A stretch of DNA of 64,000 bases. It comes from Octopus bimaculoides. Its lineage: Eukaryota. The stretch lies in assembly GCF_001194135.2 (NCBI RefSeq), contig NC_068981.1:194584458-194648457 (forward strand), given 5' to 3'. Positions within the stretch are counted from its first letter, which is position 1, and every line of letters begins with the position of its first letter. Of this stretch, positions 1-13,989 are shown in pieces. The notes beneath the pieces are model-generated. The model saw nothing but the letters and a program-made list of their open reading frames with translations. It searched no databases and was not told the DNA's origin. The translations under genes and the position numbers were made by a program.

Positions 1-828
1 CTACCACCACCATCGCTTGATAACCAATGTTGGTGTGTTTACATCCCCGTAACATAGCGGCTCGGCAAAAGAAACCAATAGAATAAGTACCAGGCTTACA
101 AAGAATAAGTTCTGGGAGTCAATTGTTCAACTAAAGGCAGTGCTCCAGCATGGCCCCAGTCAAATGACTGAAACATATAGAAGAATAAAATAAATATATA
201 TATTTATTTATTTATATTCCCCTTCTTGTACCTTGATGGCACCTGCTGACATCTCGTTGCTACCATCATTTCTCCCTTTCCAGCTGGGGTAGATATGTAT
301 CCCCCTTAACACCAAACACCTGTGCTTGTCCCTCTATCACACTTTAGTCTCTCAACTACTAGCGTAGCTAGAGTATGTGCCGTGCCTGGAGTGGCCCTTC
401 CGCCCTCGGACCCCACCAAAGACACATATTGCCTGCAACAGGATGACGAGTGCTGCCCCTTTAAAAGTGCCATCCGGGGTGGACTGCCCGTATTCCTGCC
501 AGCTATGCTAGTGCTCTCAACACCCGACATAAAGCCATCTCTCTCAGTTCTACAAGCCTGACTCTTTCAAGGAGTCTTGGCTGGTGATTTACTTGATCTC
601 ACTGGTGCTGATGCTGCAAAAGAAGTACTCAATACAGTATAAAGTGTTACAAATTCCATCCAGCCATAGAAATCATGTCAAAGCAGACCTTGGAGTACTA
701 TGTGATCCTCCAACCCATTGGATCCTGTCGTTTTGTCCAACCCAAACCTGCAGGGAAAAATGGTCATGAAATAGTAAATGATGATGATGATAATTTCAAC
801 TTGTACATCTTCTAATTGTTCAATGTAG

Positions 829-1110
829 GTGCTACTGGATGCTGCTACCACAGAATCCGTGATGAGATTCGATTCTCAGTTAAACACTTACATCATAAAA
901 GAGCAAACGTTGGCCATTGTCCAGAATATGTCTGTTATTGAGAATCTTCTGCTGAGGTGGAGAATTTGGACCAGAGGTCCATCATCTGTGATGGAATTAC
1001 TCTTCAAAGCCCTTGAATGTTTGGTCAGAGATGACCATCCACATCAAATGTTCAACATTAAACAATATCAAGCTGGAAACTTTGTACAACGAGTTTTTCT
1101 TATGTATCAG
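829..1110 (+). CDS. LYST: LYST exon (window exon 1), phase 0/0
   Basis: tag|GTG...CAG|gtgagt; [14 protein letters not shown]...[11 protein letters not shown]. Confidence 0.85.
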
Positions 1111-4100
1111 GTGAGTAGAAACTTCTTTCAGGTGTGTGTGTGTGTATGTGCATGCAAACGTATGAGCTTGTGTGTTTATGACAGAGAGAGAGAGACAAAC
1201 AGACAGACAACTATTTCAAATAATATAATGCATGTCTGTATGGTTGTGTGTCTGTGTGTCTTGTCATTATCTTCATCAAAAGGATTAATGTCCATTTTTC
1301 CAAATTCTATTCTGAATTTTACAGGTTTGCAGTATATTCTCTGTCTGTCTGTGTGTCTCTCTTTAGTATGTTCCTCCTTCAATTTGTTTGAGATTCAGCC
1401 TCAACCATTTTGTCTGGATCTCTATCATCACAGGTCCCCCTTCATCACCCCCACCCATCAATTCTTGCATTTTTTCTACCACCAACTTATATCCCTTTTA
1501 CACCTAGTAAAACCAACACCACATATATACCAGTTATTACCTGTCTTATACATCTCTTCATATCTTGTCACTTTACCATCATCTTCCATTACAACCTGTT
1601 TCTTCTGTTCACATCGTCTTCATCTCACAGTTCCACGCCATCCACCTCACATTAACTTCTTCAATTATCCCATCTTTATTCTTATCTCATCTTATTCTCT
1701 GTCTACTCTCAAAACACCAAAAATCATTTCCTTCCAACAGAGAGTTCTTCTCAATCTATTGATTTTTTAACCATGCAAGCATTGGAAGAGTAGATGTTAG
1801 AACGATAATGATGATAACAGTGCAGTTTGTTTGCCATTTCTGGTTATGTAATGTGAGCAATGTCTTCACTTCATAGCTATATGCTTTTCAGTTCAGTTTA
1901 TTTTCACAAGTATCGTCACGAATATAGTTCCATGCTGGTGCCATGTATAAAGCACTCATGCTGGTGCCACATAAAAAGCACCCAGTACACCATTGTAAAG
2001 TGGTTGATGTTAGGAAGGACATATAGTTACAGAAACCAACCCATACCAGCATGGAAAATGGATGTTAAATGATGATGATGATAATGGGTCCAAAACTAAC
2101 ATTAAATAGTTAATGCCCATGATTGGAATTGTCGGGCAAAATGCTGTGCTTGAGAAGACCTGTTGAGTCAAGAGAAATCATTGTTGTGGCTGATGCCAGT
2201 GCTGCCTGACTGGTACCCATACTGGTGGCATGTAAAATGCACCATTTGAGCATGCCTGATGCCAGTGCTAGTGGCACATAAAAGCCACCATTTGAGTGTG
2301 GTCAATGCCAGTATCACTTCACTGGCTCCCATGCCAGTGGCACATGAAAAGCACCATTTGAGTTTGGTTGATGCGAGTGCCACCTGACTGGCCCTCATGC
2401 CAGTGGCATGTAGAAAGCATCCACTATACTCTCGAAGTGGTTGGTGTTAGAAAGGGCATCCAGCTGTAGAAACCTTGCCAGATCAGATTAGAGTCTGGTA
2501 CAGCCTCCTGACTTGCCAGTCCTCAGTCAAACCGTCCAACCCATGCCAGCATGGAAAGTGGACGTTAATCAGTGATGATGATGATGATTACGATGATATT
2601 AACAGATAGCATTAGGATGTGTGATTGTGAAGGTAACCACCATTGGCTATTTTCCTACATTTCTACCAGTGTTTGTTACGACATCTTTTACATTTCATTT
2701 CATTGTCTATTTGTTCACAGGAATTAGTACGAGAACATGAACCAGTGCCATCGGCAACAATCAGCAGTTCCATTGTCGCAATCATTCAGAAAATGGTTGG
2801 TTCTCCCCCAGACTCTCACCTGATAGTAGCTGTCTGTGATTTTCTATTGTTGATGCACCCTGCTGCTGATACCTACATAAATTATGCAAGATCCGGCTTC
2901 TATTTCAGTTGCTGGTGGGGTAAGTTCTACGTTTTATATAACTTCTCTCATCTTCTTAGGGCTTTCTTCTCTTCAGTGTGTTTTACATCTAGTTCACAAT
3001 TATGGAATGCCATGGGCTTCATTGGTTGTGTTCGGGGGTCTTAGTAAACCTCTGTAGTCATAACTGTGTTGTCACATGTCAGACATACTTCCATCTGCAG
3101 CAGTCTATCTGTTATCCAAATTAAGTTATATGTCTTTGGTAGAATTTTTAATTAAGCTAATTATCTTATATACTTACTACCACTGTAATTTTAATTAATT
3201 AATTAATTCATTCATTCATTCTTGGCTTGTTTCATTAAGTGGCTACTTTACTGCAAATTGAGAGTTTGGTGCAATGCTATAGTGGATAAGAGCGCAGGCT
3301 ACTAACCCCAAGATTCCGAGTTCAATTCCAGGCAGTGACCTGAATAATAATAATAGTAATAATAATAATAATAATAACAACAACATTGAAAAATACCTTA
3401 AGAATGAGAACCCAGGTTTGAAATTTCCCCAAGACACCTGATGAAGGCTGGAGGGTATATCAGCCGAAACGTTGTGTTAACAACAAACAAGATGAGGACA
3501 AATATCTGTAAGTGTAAATAATTTAAATAATGTAAATAATGCGAGAGTTTGGTGGGTCAAACTTCCACCCACCAGCTCACCTCTTCGTCCTTCCCCATTC
3601 ACTTCTGTTCACCTTGCACCTTAAAGGTCCACACAGATGCTTCAATGTTTCTAGTTTTAAGCCCTTCCCTCCCCCATCATCCCTTCACCCTCTCTTCTAA
3701 AATGTGAGTAGCCACGCGACCTGTCCACAGCAAGAAACTTGTCCTGCTCCGGCCCCATCTCTCATACTTTAACCCTTCATCTCCCAGCATAAAGGCACCC
3801 CTCTTGGGGTTCCTACTCTTGCCAGCTGTATGGTGGCCTCACTAATGCTGATGGCATGAAGAAAGCATCCAGCGCCCTCTATAAAATAGCTGGCATTAGG
3901 AAGGGCTTCCAGCTGTGGTAACCATGCCAACGTAGACAGCCCAACCCATGCCACCATGGGACAGGGACATTAAATGAGTGGGATGATGTATTGTGTCCTC
4001 AGCTGAAATAGTTAGCTGTCAAATTGCTCAGTCCATCTAACTGTAAAAGGGTACCACACAAGAGGGGAAACAACTTGTAGAAACAATTTATGCAAAATTT

Positions 4101-7100
4101 ATAAGTTGTTAGTTTTTGCTGTTGTTTAGCCCCAGGCTGGCCCCAAGCAGACTTATGTTCAAAGACGTTCCAGCCATGACCCTCTATCCATTTAGGAGTA
4201 TCTAGGATTACATTACCTAATACCATAATTCTTGTGTTTAAGGTGATTTGGCTGCTATTTCTAGCTGGTCAAGAAATGCTATAGAGGATCCGCAAATAGT
4301 GAAGTCACTGCTAAATTAATGAGCTAAACATCATCGTTAAAATGTCAAACAATTTTAATTAATTATAATTTCACATGTGGACACAGGTGTGGCTACATAG
4401 GAAGTGGTTTGCTTTCCAACCACATGGTTCTGGGTTCGATCCCAGTGTGTGACGCCTTGGGCAAGTGTCTTCTGATTATAGCCTTGGGCCAGCCAAAGCC
4501 TTGTAAGTGGATTTGGTAGACAGAAACTGAAAGAAGCCTATTGTGTATACATGTGTGTGTGTGTTTGTGTGTGACCCCCCCACCACTGCTTGACAGCTGG
4601 TGTTAGTTTGTTTATCTCCCCTTAGCTTATTGTTTCAGCAGCTTAAGAGACTGATAAAACAAATAATACGTATCAGGGTTGATTTGTTTCACTAAAAATT
4701 CTTTAAGGCAGTGCTCCAGCATGACCACAGTCTAATGACCAAAACAAGAAAAAGCTAAAAAAAAAAGTAAAGGATGTAACGAGACAAGAAACCAAATCAA
4801 TCAGTTTTAATTATATTTCTGTCTCATTACATCAATTTATTTCTCCTGTAGAGAGCATCCCTGGGTNNNNNNNNNNNNNNNNNNNNNNNNNNNNNNNNNN
4901 NNNNNNNNNNNNNNNNNNNNNNNNNNNNNNNNNNNNNNNNNNNNNNNNNNNNNNNNNNNNNNNNNNNNNNNNNNNNNNNNNNNNNNNNNNNNNNNNNNNN
5001 NNNNNNNNNNNNNNNNNNNNNNNNNNNNNNNNNNNNNNNNNNNNNNNNNNNNNNNNNNNNNNNNNNNNNNNNNNNNGTAGTACCACTGAAGTGTTGCTTG
5101 GTATCACTCCAGTATTGTGTGGTGCCACTGTGGTACTGTGTGATCTGGTTGAACTCTTCTGTGGCACCACTGCACCCGTCTTGTACTACAGCGATACTGT
5201 ATGGTGCTAGTGCAGGGCTGTATGATACCACTGCATCGTTGTGTTGTACCGCTGTAAGTTTTGAGTGGTACCACTGCCATAATGGTGGAAGTAATACCAT
5301 GGCAGTGGTGTTGGTGGTGTTGACTTTAGTGTTGTGATGAGTTTGTAGTGTTAGGGTGGTTGGAGTGTGAGAATTGTGACTGTAGTAGGGAAATATGATT
5401 GTATTTCTCTTTGCACCGTTGTTATCTGTCTGTCTGTTTGTCTCTCAGGTGTACCTGGCACTCCCATTGCTAGGAGAATCAGCAGGAAGAATCGCACAAT
5501 TGATCAAGTGAGACTGGCCAGCCTTGGTGATTATGACAATGTAACTGAAGGAACCAGAAAAGGTAAGGCATTCCCAAACTGTATCCATTCTCTTTTATTT
5601 TCAGGCACTGTCTATCTTGGACAATATTATCCAATGTGTTCTTCATTCATTCATTTTTATATTAGATGGTAAAGTATGATTCAAGGGATATTTGGCTGCT
5701 ATTTTTAATAATTTGAACACCCACATTGAGGCATTCAATTGTCTGTATCCTTCCTTTAAGATAGTACAACATGGTTTGACCTCTTTTGTCACCATATTTC
5801 TGTTGAAATGTTCTGTGTTTCTTTCAATTAATTTTAAATATAACAAAGAATTTAGTAAAATAACTTAGTTATCATTAAACTAGTGTTAGGAACATAAATT
5901 GCGACTAAGGTTTGGTGGAAGATTTTTAATTCAAAACTTATGAAAACAAGACTTTTGTACTACAGAGCCAGAAGTGGTTTCAGTCGGGTCAGTATGAAAA
6001 AGGTTAAATTAATCATTTGTTAGCCTTTTGTCCCCATATTTCTGTTGAGATGTTTTGTGTTTCTTTCAATTCATTTTAAATATAACAAAGAATTTAGTAA
6101 AATAACTGAGTTATCATTCAGCTAGTGTTAGGAACATAAATTGTGACTAAGGTTTGGTAGAAGATTTTAATTGAGAACTTATAAAAACAAGACATTTGTT
6201 CTACAGAGCCAGAGGCAGTTTCAGGCAGGTTGGTATCAAAAGACTTAAAGGAGATTTGGCTGCTGTTTCTAGTAGGTCAGGTGACCATATAGAAGCAATA
6301 ATTGCCATAAGTTGTATTTCTCACTGAAATGACTATTGTGGTATTGTTTTTTATGATGGTGATGTTTTGTTTCTTTCTAGGCCTCTTCCGGACGGTGTCT
6401 TTTGTATCATCTAGCAAGCCTGTGTATGATCGACAGATCGGGATGAACCGACCTCGTTCAGCTTCATATCCAAGCAATAATGAATTAAGAGGATGGAAGA
6501 CACAAAAGGATAAACAGAATTATGCCGAACAGTTTCAAGATGGTAAAAAGCTTTCTTCGAAGATTCACTCGCAAAGCGAGAAAACACCAGATTCTTGTGG
6601 AACAGATAACAGTTTCAACGAAGCAGACAGCAACGATTTTAACGATAATTCTGCCTGCAGTTCCGGAAAGTCTGCTGCCAGTGCTGTTGATGGCAACCTG
6701 TCTCAAAAACTGAGTTCAATCGACCAAGACAACAGTAGCAGTCACTGTCGTCGTCCCCTTTATTCTCTGTCTGAATCTATGTCCCCTACAAGCTGTGATA
6801 TTGGTAGTTCTTTGGATTCTGATGATGATGATGATGATGATGATGATGTGTATGAAAGTGAAGATCATGAGACTACAGAGAAAGGTCTTGTAGTCCTCTG
6901 TGCTGGTATGGCCCTTTCTTTCTTTTTTTTTTATTTTTATCTGTTTTGTGTTCTTAAGATGCGACATTTTAATTTTATAGCTTATCTGAGCATTGACACA
7001 CTAAAGTTTTGGCATCTACCTGTTGGCTTTGTAGAAACCTACAAAATTATACACCATCTTTCCAACAACTTTGGCCATTTTTTAAAAATTCAGTATCTCT

Positions 7101-7686
7101 ACCATTCATGTACATGCCTATAAAATCCAAAACAAAAAAAAAAAAACAGTGCCATACCCTTGACTTGATTTTCAGAAACGTTTTTCACACTTGGAACTGG
7201 CGAAGCTTGAAATAAACTGTGTCAATTGTAAGCTGTCAGGACCACTACGTCCTTCAAAACTTCCTTGCTCCCAAAAATTCACCAGCACTTATTCCTTACT
7301 GGCACCCATGCCAATCTTTCCTTCATTGGACACTAAACTCGGCTTGCGAAGACCTGTTGGGGCAAGTGAAATTGAAATCGAAATTGTGATTGAACCATAT
7401 TCGATGACTGGCACCTGTGCCAGTGGAGCACTAATAGCACCGTCCGAGCATGATCATTGCCAGAGCAGTTGTCTGGCTTCTGTGCTAATCAATGAAATGA
7501 TCAATGAAATGATCTACATTTCCTCATGTGTCTTCTTTTAAGACCACAGCACTGGTGCTGGTGCCACGTAAAAAAAACACCCAGTACACTCTGCCAAAGC
7601 AGACAAAGGAACCTGGTGTGACCTCTGGCCTTGCTGGCCCCTGTCAAACCGTCCAACCCATGCTCGCATGGAAAATGAACATTAAG

Positions 7687-7718
<32 letters not shown>

Positions 7719-10700
7719 TAATGTAGTCTTTAAAAAATCCTCAATGCTGATTGGCTCTGGATACACATACCATATCTTCTCACTCCCATCACATGACTGT
7801 CTGAGTGAGTCATGAGGAACGTAAGAAGATGCGGTATATATATTGGGTGTGACTGTGCTATAGAGGTAGTGTGGTGGTGTGGATGTAATGGCTGTAGTAG
7901 TAATAGTGGGGTAGTGTTGTAGCTGTAATGGTGGTGGCTGTAGGGATGTGGTAGTAGCTATAGTGGAGAGGTTGTGAATGCTATAGGTGTGGTGGTGGTG
8001 GTGGCATGGTTGCTGTAGTAGTGTTATGGTGTTCATTGAACCATTACTTCTTAAACTACCAATTTTTCTTATATTTCCAGGTTTACTAGAACTAATGTGT
8101 TCGACATTAATTGTCTTTGATGAAACCCAATTAGACAAGCTTCTCTTTAATGTTATTAATGCAAGAGTCCTCATTGTTCTGGCACACAACAGTTCTGCAG
8201 AGATTAGAGCCCTCGTCATTCGGGTAAGTCAAGGTTTTTTCATCCACATCATCTTTTAAATGAAATACTTTTCTATCACCTGCCCAGACGTGGCTGTATG
8301 GCTGAGAAGCTTGCTTCCCAATCATAAGGGCTTGAGTTCAGTCCTATTGTGTCACCTTGGCACATGTCTTCTACTATAGCTCCAGACTGACCAAAGTCTT
8401 GTCAGTGAATTTGGTAAAGAGAAACTGAAAAAAGATTGTTGTACATGTGCCTCATATGCTTCTTAACCAATATGTGCCATCAGTTGCTGATATTGGTTTC
8501 AAATTTTTACACAATGCCAGCAATTTTCTCAGTGTATAAGTACGTAACTGGTACTTATTTTATTGACCTCAAAAGGATGAAAAACAAAGGTGACCTTGGC
8601 ACAATTTGAACTCAGATGCCACTAAGCATTTTGTTCAGCATGCTAACAATTCTGCCAGCTTGCTGCCTTTACCAGTCACTAATATTCACTGATTTCATAT
8701 AAAGGAAGCTTTGCTTTCAGACCAGAGTTACCTCTCTTTGGTATCTGGTGCTGAAGAGAACTAAAGAGTTCAAAATGCATCCATCAGTCCAATAGAGGTC
8801 ATTTTTCAAGGACTGCTTATTCTCATTGTGTCCTTCCTGTTTTGACCCTTTTGGCACTAACCTGCTTGATTCTGTAACACAAATTTCCTGTTCTAAAACC
8901 ATCTAAATTAAAATCTTGTTCCATCAAAATTTCCCATTAACTCGTGTTCCAAACTTCAGGTTAATAATGGCAAAGTTATTTTACCAAATTCTTCATTACT
9001 TTCAAAATAAATTGAAAATAAAGGCAACGTATATCAACAGGAATACAGTAAAGAAAGGGTTAAGATGGTAAGGGGTGTGATATGAGGGAAATTTGACTGC
9101 TATTTCTAGCAGGCTAAGTGACATTTTAGAGAGCTCTTTGTTGTTGTTGTTGTTACTGTTATCATTGCTGTTGTTGTTATTGTTGTCTCTTTCTGCAGCT
9201 CCTTGATATCTACCTCCAACGATGCCGCAACAACCATGTTGAAGTCTTCCTTAAGCTAAATGGTTTCCATCTGCTAGCAACTCAACTTTACCATTACCAG
9301 TCAGAGAAAACTCTGGTAGAGATGGCTTTCTCAATAATGCTTGCCAAGCAATTCACTATGGACGAAGGGTAAGTCCTCTCTCTCTTCTGATTCTCTTTAG
9401 TCAGGTTGTTTCTACTTTTAATTCTGGCAGAAGTAAGACTCTGTGTGTAAAGGAAAATTCTGACTAGTGGAGATTTAAATCACAAACTATTGATATATAT
9501 ATATATATATATANNNNNNNNNNNNNNNNNNNNNNNNNNNNNNNNNNNNNNNNNNNNNNNNNNNNNNNNNNNNNNNNNNNNNNNNNNNNNNNNNNNNNNN
9601 NNNNNNNNNNNNNNNNNNNNNNNNNNNNNNNNNNNNNNNNNNNNNNNNNNNNNNNNNNNNNNNNNNNNNNNNNNNNNNNNNNNNNNNNNNNNNNNNNNNN
9701 NNNNNNNNNNNNNNNNNNNNNNNNNNNNNNNNNNNNNNNNNNNNNNNNNNNNNNNNNNNNNNNNNNNNNNNNNNNNNNNNNNNNNNNNNNNNNNNNNNNN
9801 NNNNNNNNNNNNNNNNNNNNNNNNNNNNNNNNNNNNNNNNNNNNNNNNNNNNNNNNNNNNNNNNNNNNNNNNNNNNNNNNNNNNNNNNNNNNNNNNNNNN
9901 NNNNNNNNNNNNNNNNNNNNNNNNNNNNNNNNNNNNNNNNNNNNNNNNNNNNNNNNNNNNNNNNNNNNNNNNNNNNNNNNNNNNNNNNNNNNNNNNNNNN
10001 NNNNNNNNNNNNNNNNNNNNNNNNNNNNNNNNNNNNNNNNNNNNNNNNNNNNNNNNNNNNNNNNNNNNNNNNNNNNNNNNNNNNNNNNNNNNNNNNNNNN
10101 NNNNNNNNNNNNNNNNNNNNNNNNNNNNNNNNNNNNNNNNNNNNNNNNNNNNNNNNNNNNNNNNNNNNNNNNNNNNNNNNNNNNNNNNNNNNNNNNNNNN
10201 NNNNNNNNNNNNNNNNNNNNNNNNNNNNNNNNNNNNNNNNNNNNNNNNNNNNNNNNNNNNNNNNNNNNNNNNNNNNNNNNNNNNNNNNNNNNNNNNNNNN
10301 NNTATATATATATATATATATATTAATAAATCTTAGAGTAGCAAAAAATTTAGAAATTCTATTTGCTACCAGTGATCTAGCGAGAAAAAGAAAACTAGTC
10401 AATAGACTATATATTATTCATATAAATACATACAGTGTACATTTAAACACACAAGAGAGATGTCCATAATAGGACATCTAACCCGCTAGAAGGAGCAGCC
10501 AAACTCCAAACCACAATTAGGGATAATTTCAAAAAGGGAATGAAAAATAAAAACATTTACCATATATTTCGTGAACCATGGTTTCAAGCTATTTTTAGCA
10601 AATTAAAATAATTTGCTAGGCCAGCTATCATCAGCAGGAAAGCCAAGATTAACGTATAAACACAAGGCAATACATAGAACATGCCTCGTGCATATCTACC

Positions 10701-12535
10701 GTGCATGTGCGGTTTTCTTATCGGCAGCAAATACAAAAAATGCCCATTTTCATTCCCTTTCCAAATTATCCCTAATTGTGGTTTGGAGTTTGACTGCTTC
10801 TTCTAGCAGGTTAGATGTCCTTTTATGGACATATTTCTTATGTGTTTAAATGTACACTGTATGTGTGTATATATATATGTATGTATGTATGTATGTCTAT
10901 GTATATTGCTCAGTTACATTTCAACACTATTTTCTACATGTTCTTGTTGTTGTTGTTCTGCCAGCTTTGACTTCAGCCAACTGCCCCATGTGAACCAAGT
11001 ACAACTCTCATCAGCTCCACTGCTTCTGTCTCTTCTGGAGAAATCTTCTGAGGACTTTGCCTTAGCCTCTTCTTTTTTAATCATTCTTCATCAGGTAAGA
11101 CATATTTTAACACACAAACAGTTAAACCCTATCCTTGTCCTCCATAATCCCATGACAGAAGAGAATTCTGTCAGGGGATCGATTTTTTTTAACCATCATC
11201 ATCATCATCATCATCATTTTACATCTGTTTACCATGCTGGCATGGGTTGGATGATTAAAAAATTACTATTTTTAAATCTCAGAACGAGAGATATTTCAGC
11301 AACAGTACTTTGGAGTAAAGATTGTTTGCCAACATAACATGGCAGTCCTGGTTTAGGACTAATGTGTCTCCTGGGGTTAAATTACAGCAACATTCGTCCT
11401 AAACCAGGACTGCCATGTTGGCAAGCAATCTTTACTCCATGAGTTGGATGGTTTGACAGGAACTGGCAGGCCAGAGAGTTGCACCAGGATCCAATTATCT
11501 GTTTTGGCTTGGTTTCTATCGTCGGGTGCCCTTCCTAATACAACCACTTTACAGAGAGTAATGGATGCTTTTTTCATGGCGCCAGTACCAGTGCTTTCAA
11601 TGTGGCACCAGCATGGGTGCTGTTACATGACGCTAGCACAGGTGCTTTTAACATGGCACCAGGGGGTGGGGGTGCCAAATAGCTTGCAAGACAAAGACCC
11701 TTGAAAAGGAAACTATTTTAAAATAATGGAGGAAATATATCCAAACTCCTACAAATAAATATATTGGTTTATAACCAAGTAAATGCATTGGCATTGGTAT
11801 TTCTTTTGTTACATCATAAAAGGTTTAATATAGTACAATGTGGTGAAGTGGTTCCTGTTTCTTGCCATGGATTGAGAAGCACAGGGTACAGCCAAAATGT
11901 TTTCCTTGTTTTACAGGCTGGCAAACGTTTTGCAACGAATGTACCAAATGCTTTGATCCAAACCATGATGGTAACTGAAAGAAAGACCCCAAAATAGTAG
12001 TAAAACATTAGTTACAAGAAGATACTGTTATCTGCCACCAAACAACATTTATTAATATAACTACCATGCGTCAAAGCGAAAGGAATGAGAAGAGGTTTTT
12101 TGGCAACACTTTGTGCAGTGTAAGGGGGGGGGAGAATATATGTAAAATTATTGTGATGTCATGCTTGAGAAGAAAACCCATCAAGCTGAGTAAAATTTCA
12201 GTTGCGGCAGATACTGGTGTCATGCAAATGGCACCCGTGCTGGTGGCACATAAAAGCACCCATTATACTCTCAGAGTGGTTGGCGTTAGGAAGGGCATCC
12301 AGCTGTAGAAAACCATGTCAAAACAAACTGGAGTGTGGTGCAGCTTCCAGCTTGCCAACCCTGGTCAAACTGTCCAACCCATGCCAGCATGGATAATGGA
12401 CGTAAAATGATGATGATGATGATGATGATGATGACTTAGGTTGCAGTTTTATGACCTAGGTGACATTTCTATATGTTCTCTCTCTCTCTCTCTCTCTCTC
12501 TTTATCTCTCTCTCTCTTTATCTCTCTCTCTCTCT

Positions 12536-12584
<49 letters not shown>

Positions 12585-13945
12585 GCCAGTGGTCAGTTTG
12601 TAATTTATATCCAATTTCTTTATTGCAGATGTTTGAATGTAATTCTGTGATTTGTGCAGCTTTGATGGACTCGGGACTCACTGAAACCCTCTGTAATTTT
12701 TTGGCCAAGATGAACCAGTTTTACAACAGGTAAGTTATCAGAGTGGGTGGTGGTGGTGGTGGTGTTGAGGTGTTATTTCAGTGTTGCAAGTGTTGCCAGA
12801 ACGATGAACTGTAGTGGTAGTGGTGGTAGTGAATTGTCATAATAATAATAATGGTTTCAAATTTTTTCACAAGGGCAGTGGTTTTGGGGGAGGGAATGAT
12901 TGAATTAGATCAACCCCAGTGGTCAACTGGTACTTATTTTATCGGCCCTGAAAGGATGAAAGGCAAAGTCAACTGTGGCGGAATTGTCATAATAATAATA
13001 ATAGGAAACTTGATAGCATTGGTTTTGTTGAATGTGGGTTGGATAGGTGTGTAATATAATATGATTAATAGCAACAGAAGCTCTATTAATATCAAAAGGT
13101 AGTATTTTTCTTCCGCTTAAAGTGGTTGTTGTATTAGAACATACAATACTGTGTTACTTACCATGAGAGAATCTCTCATAGGGGCTTCAAATTTTATATA
13201 TATATAGGAGATAAATATTCTTTTCTACTCTAGGCACAAGGCCCGAAATTTTGGGGAGGGGGCCAGTCGATTAGATTGACCCCAGTACACAACTGGTACT
13301 TAATTTATTGACCCCGAAAGGATGAAAGCTAAAGTCGACCTTGGTGGAATTTGAACTCAGGATGTAAAAACAGACAAAATAGCGCTAAGTGTTTCCCCCG
13401 GCGTGCTAACGTTCCTGCCGGCTCACTGCCTTAGAAGGAGATAAATATTACGTTTTGTAATTATATATATATATATATATATCAAAATCAAAAATCAAAT
13501 CACAATCAAATGGAGATTGTAGTTGTGGCCGATGCCAGTGCTGCCTGACTGGCTCCCGTGTTGGTGGCAATCAATAAGCACCATTTATGCATGGGTCGTT
13601 GCCAGTGTTATCTGACTGGCTCCCTGTGCTGGTGGTATATAAAAAGCACCATCTGAATGTGGTTGATGCCAGCCCCCACCGCCCCGACTGGCTCCTGTGC
13701 CAGTAGCATGTGAAAAGCACCATCCAGACATGGATGATCCTGACTGGCTCCCATGCCGGTGGCACGTAAAAAGCACCCACTATACTCTCAGAGTGGTTAG
13801 CGTTAGGAAGAGCATCCAGCTGTAGAAACCTTGCCAGATCAGATTGGAGCCTGGTGCAGTCGCTGGCTCTCTAGACCTCAGTCAAACCATCCAACCCATA
13901 CCAGCATGGAAGAAGGATGTTAAATGATTATGATGATGATGATGA

Positions 13946-13989
<44 letters not shown>

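Noticed and set aside
1111-1770. Continuation of the 313-aa ORF past the exon 1 donor
   Set aside because: Intron read-through of low-complexity sequence after a consensus gtgagt donor.
9464-10402. Long ORFs spanning N runs (also 4827-5300, 19897-20828, 51056-52348, 56133-56717)
   Set aside because: Artefacts of translating assembly gaps and flanking microsatellites.
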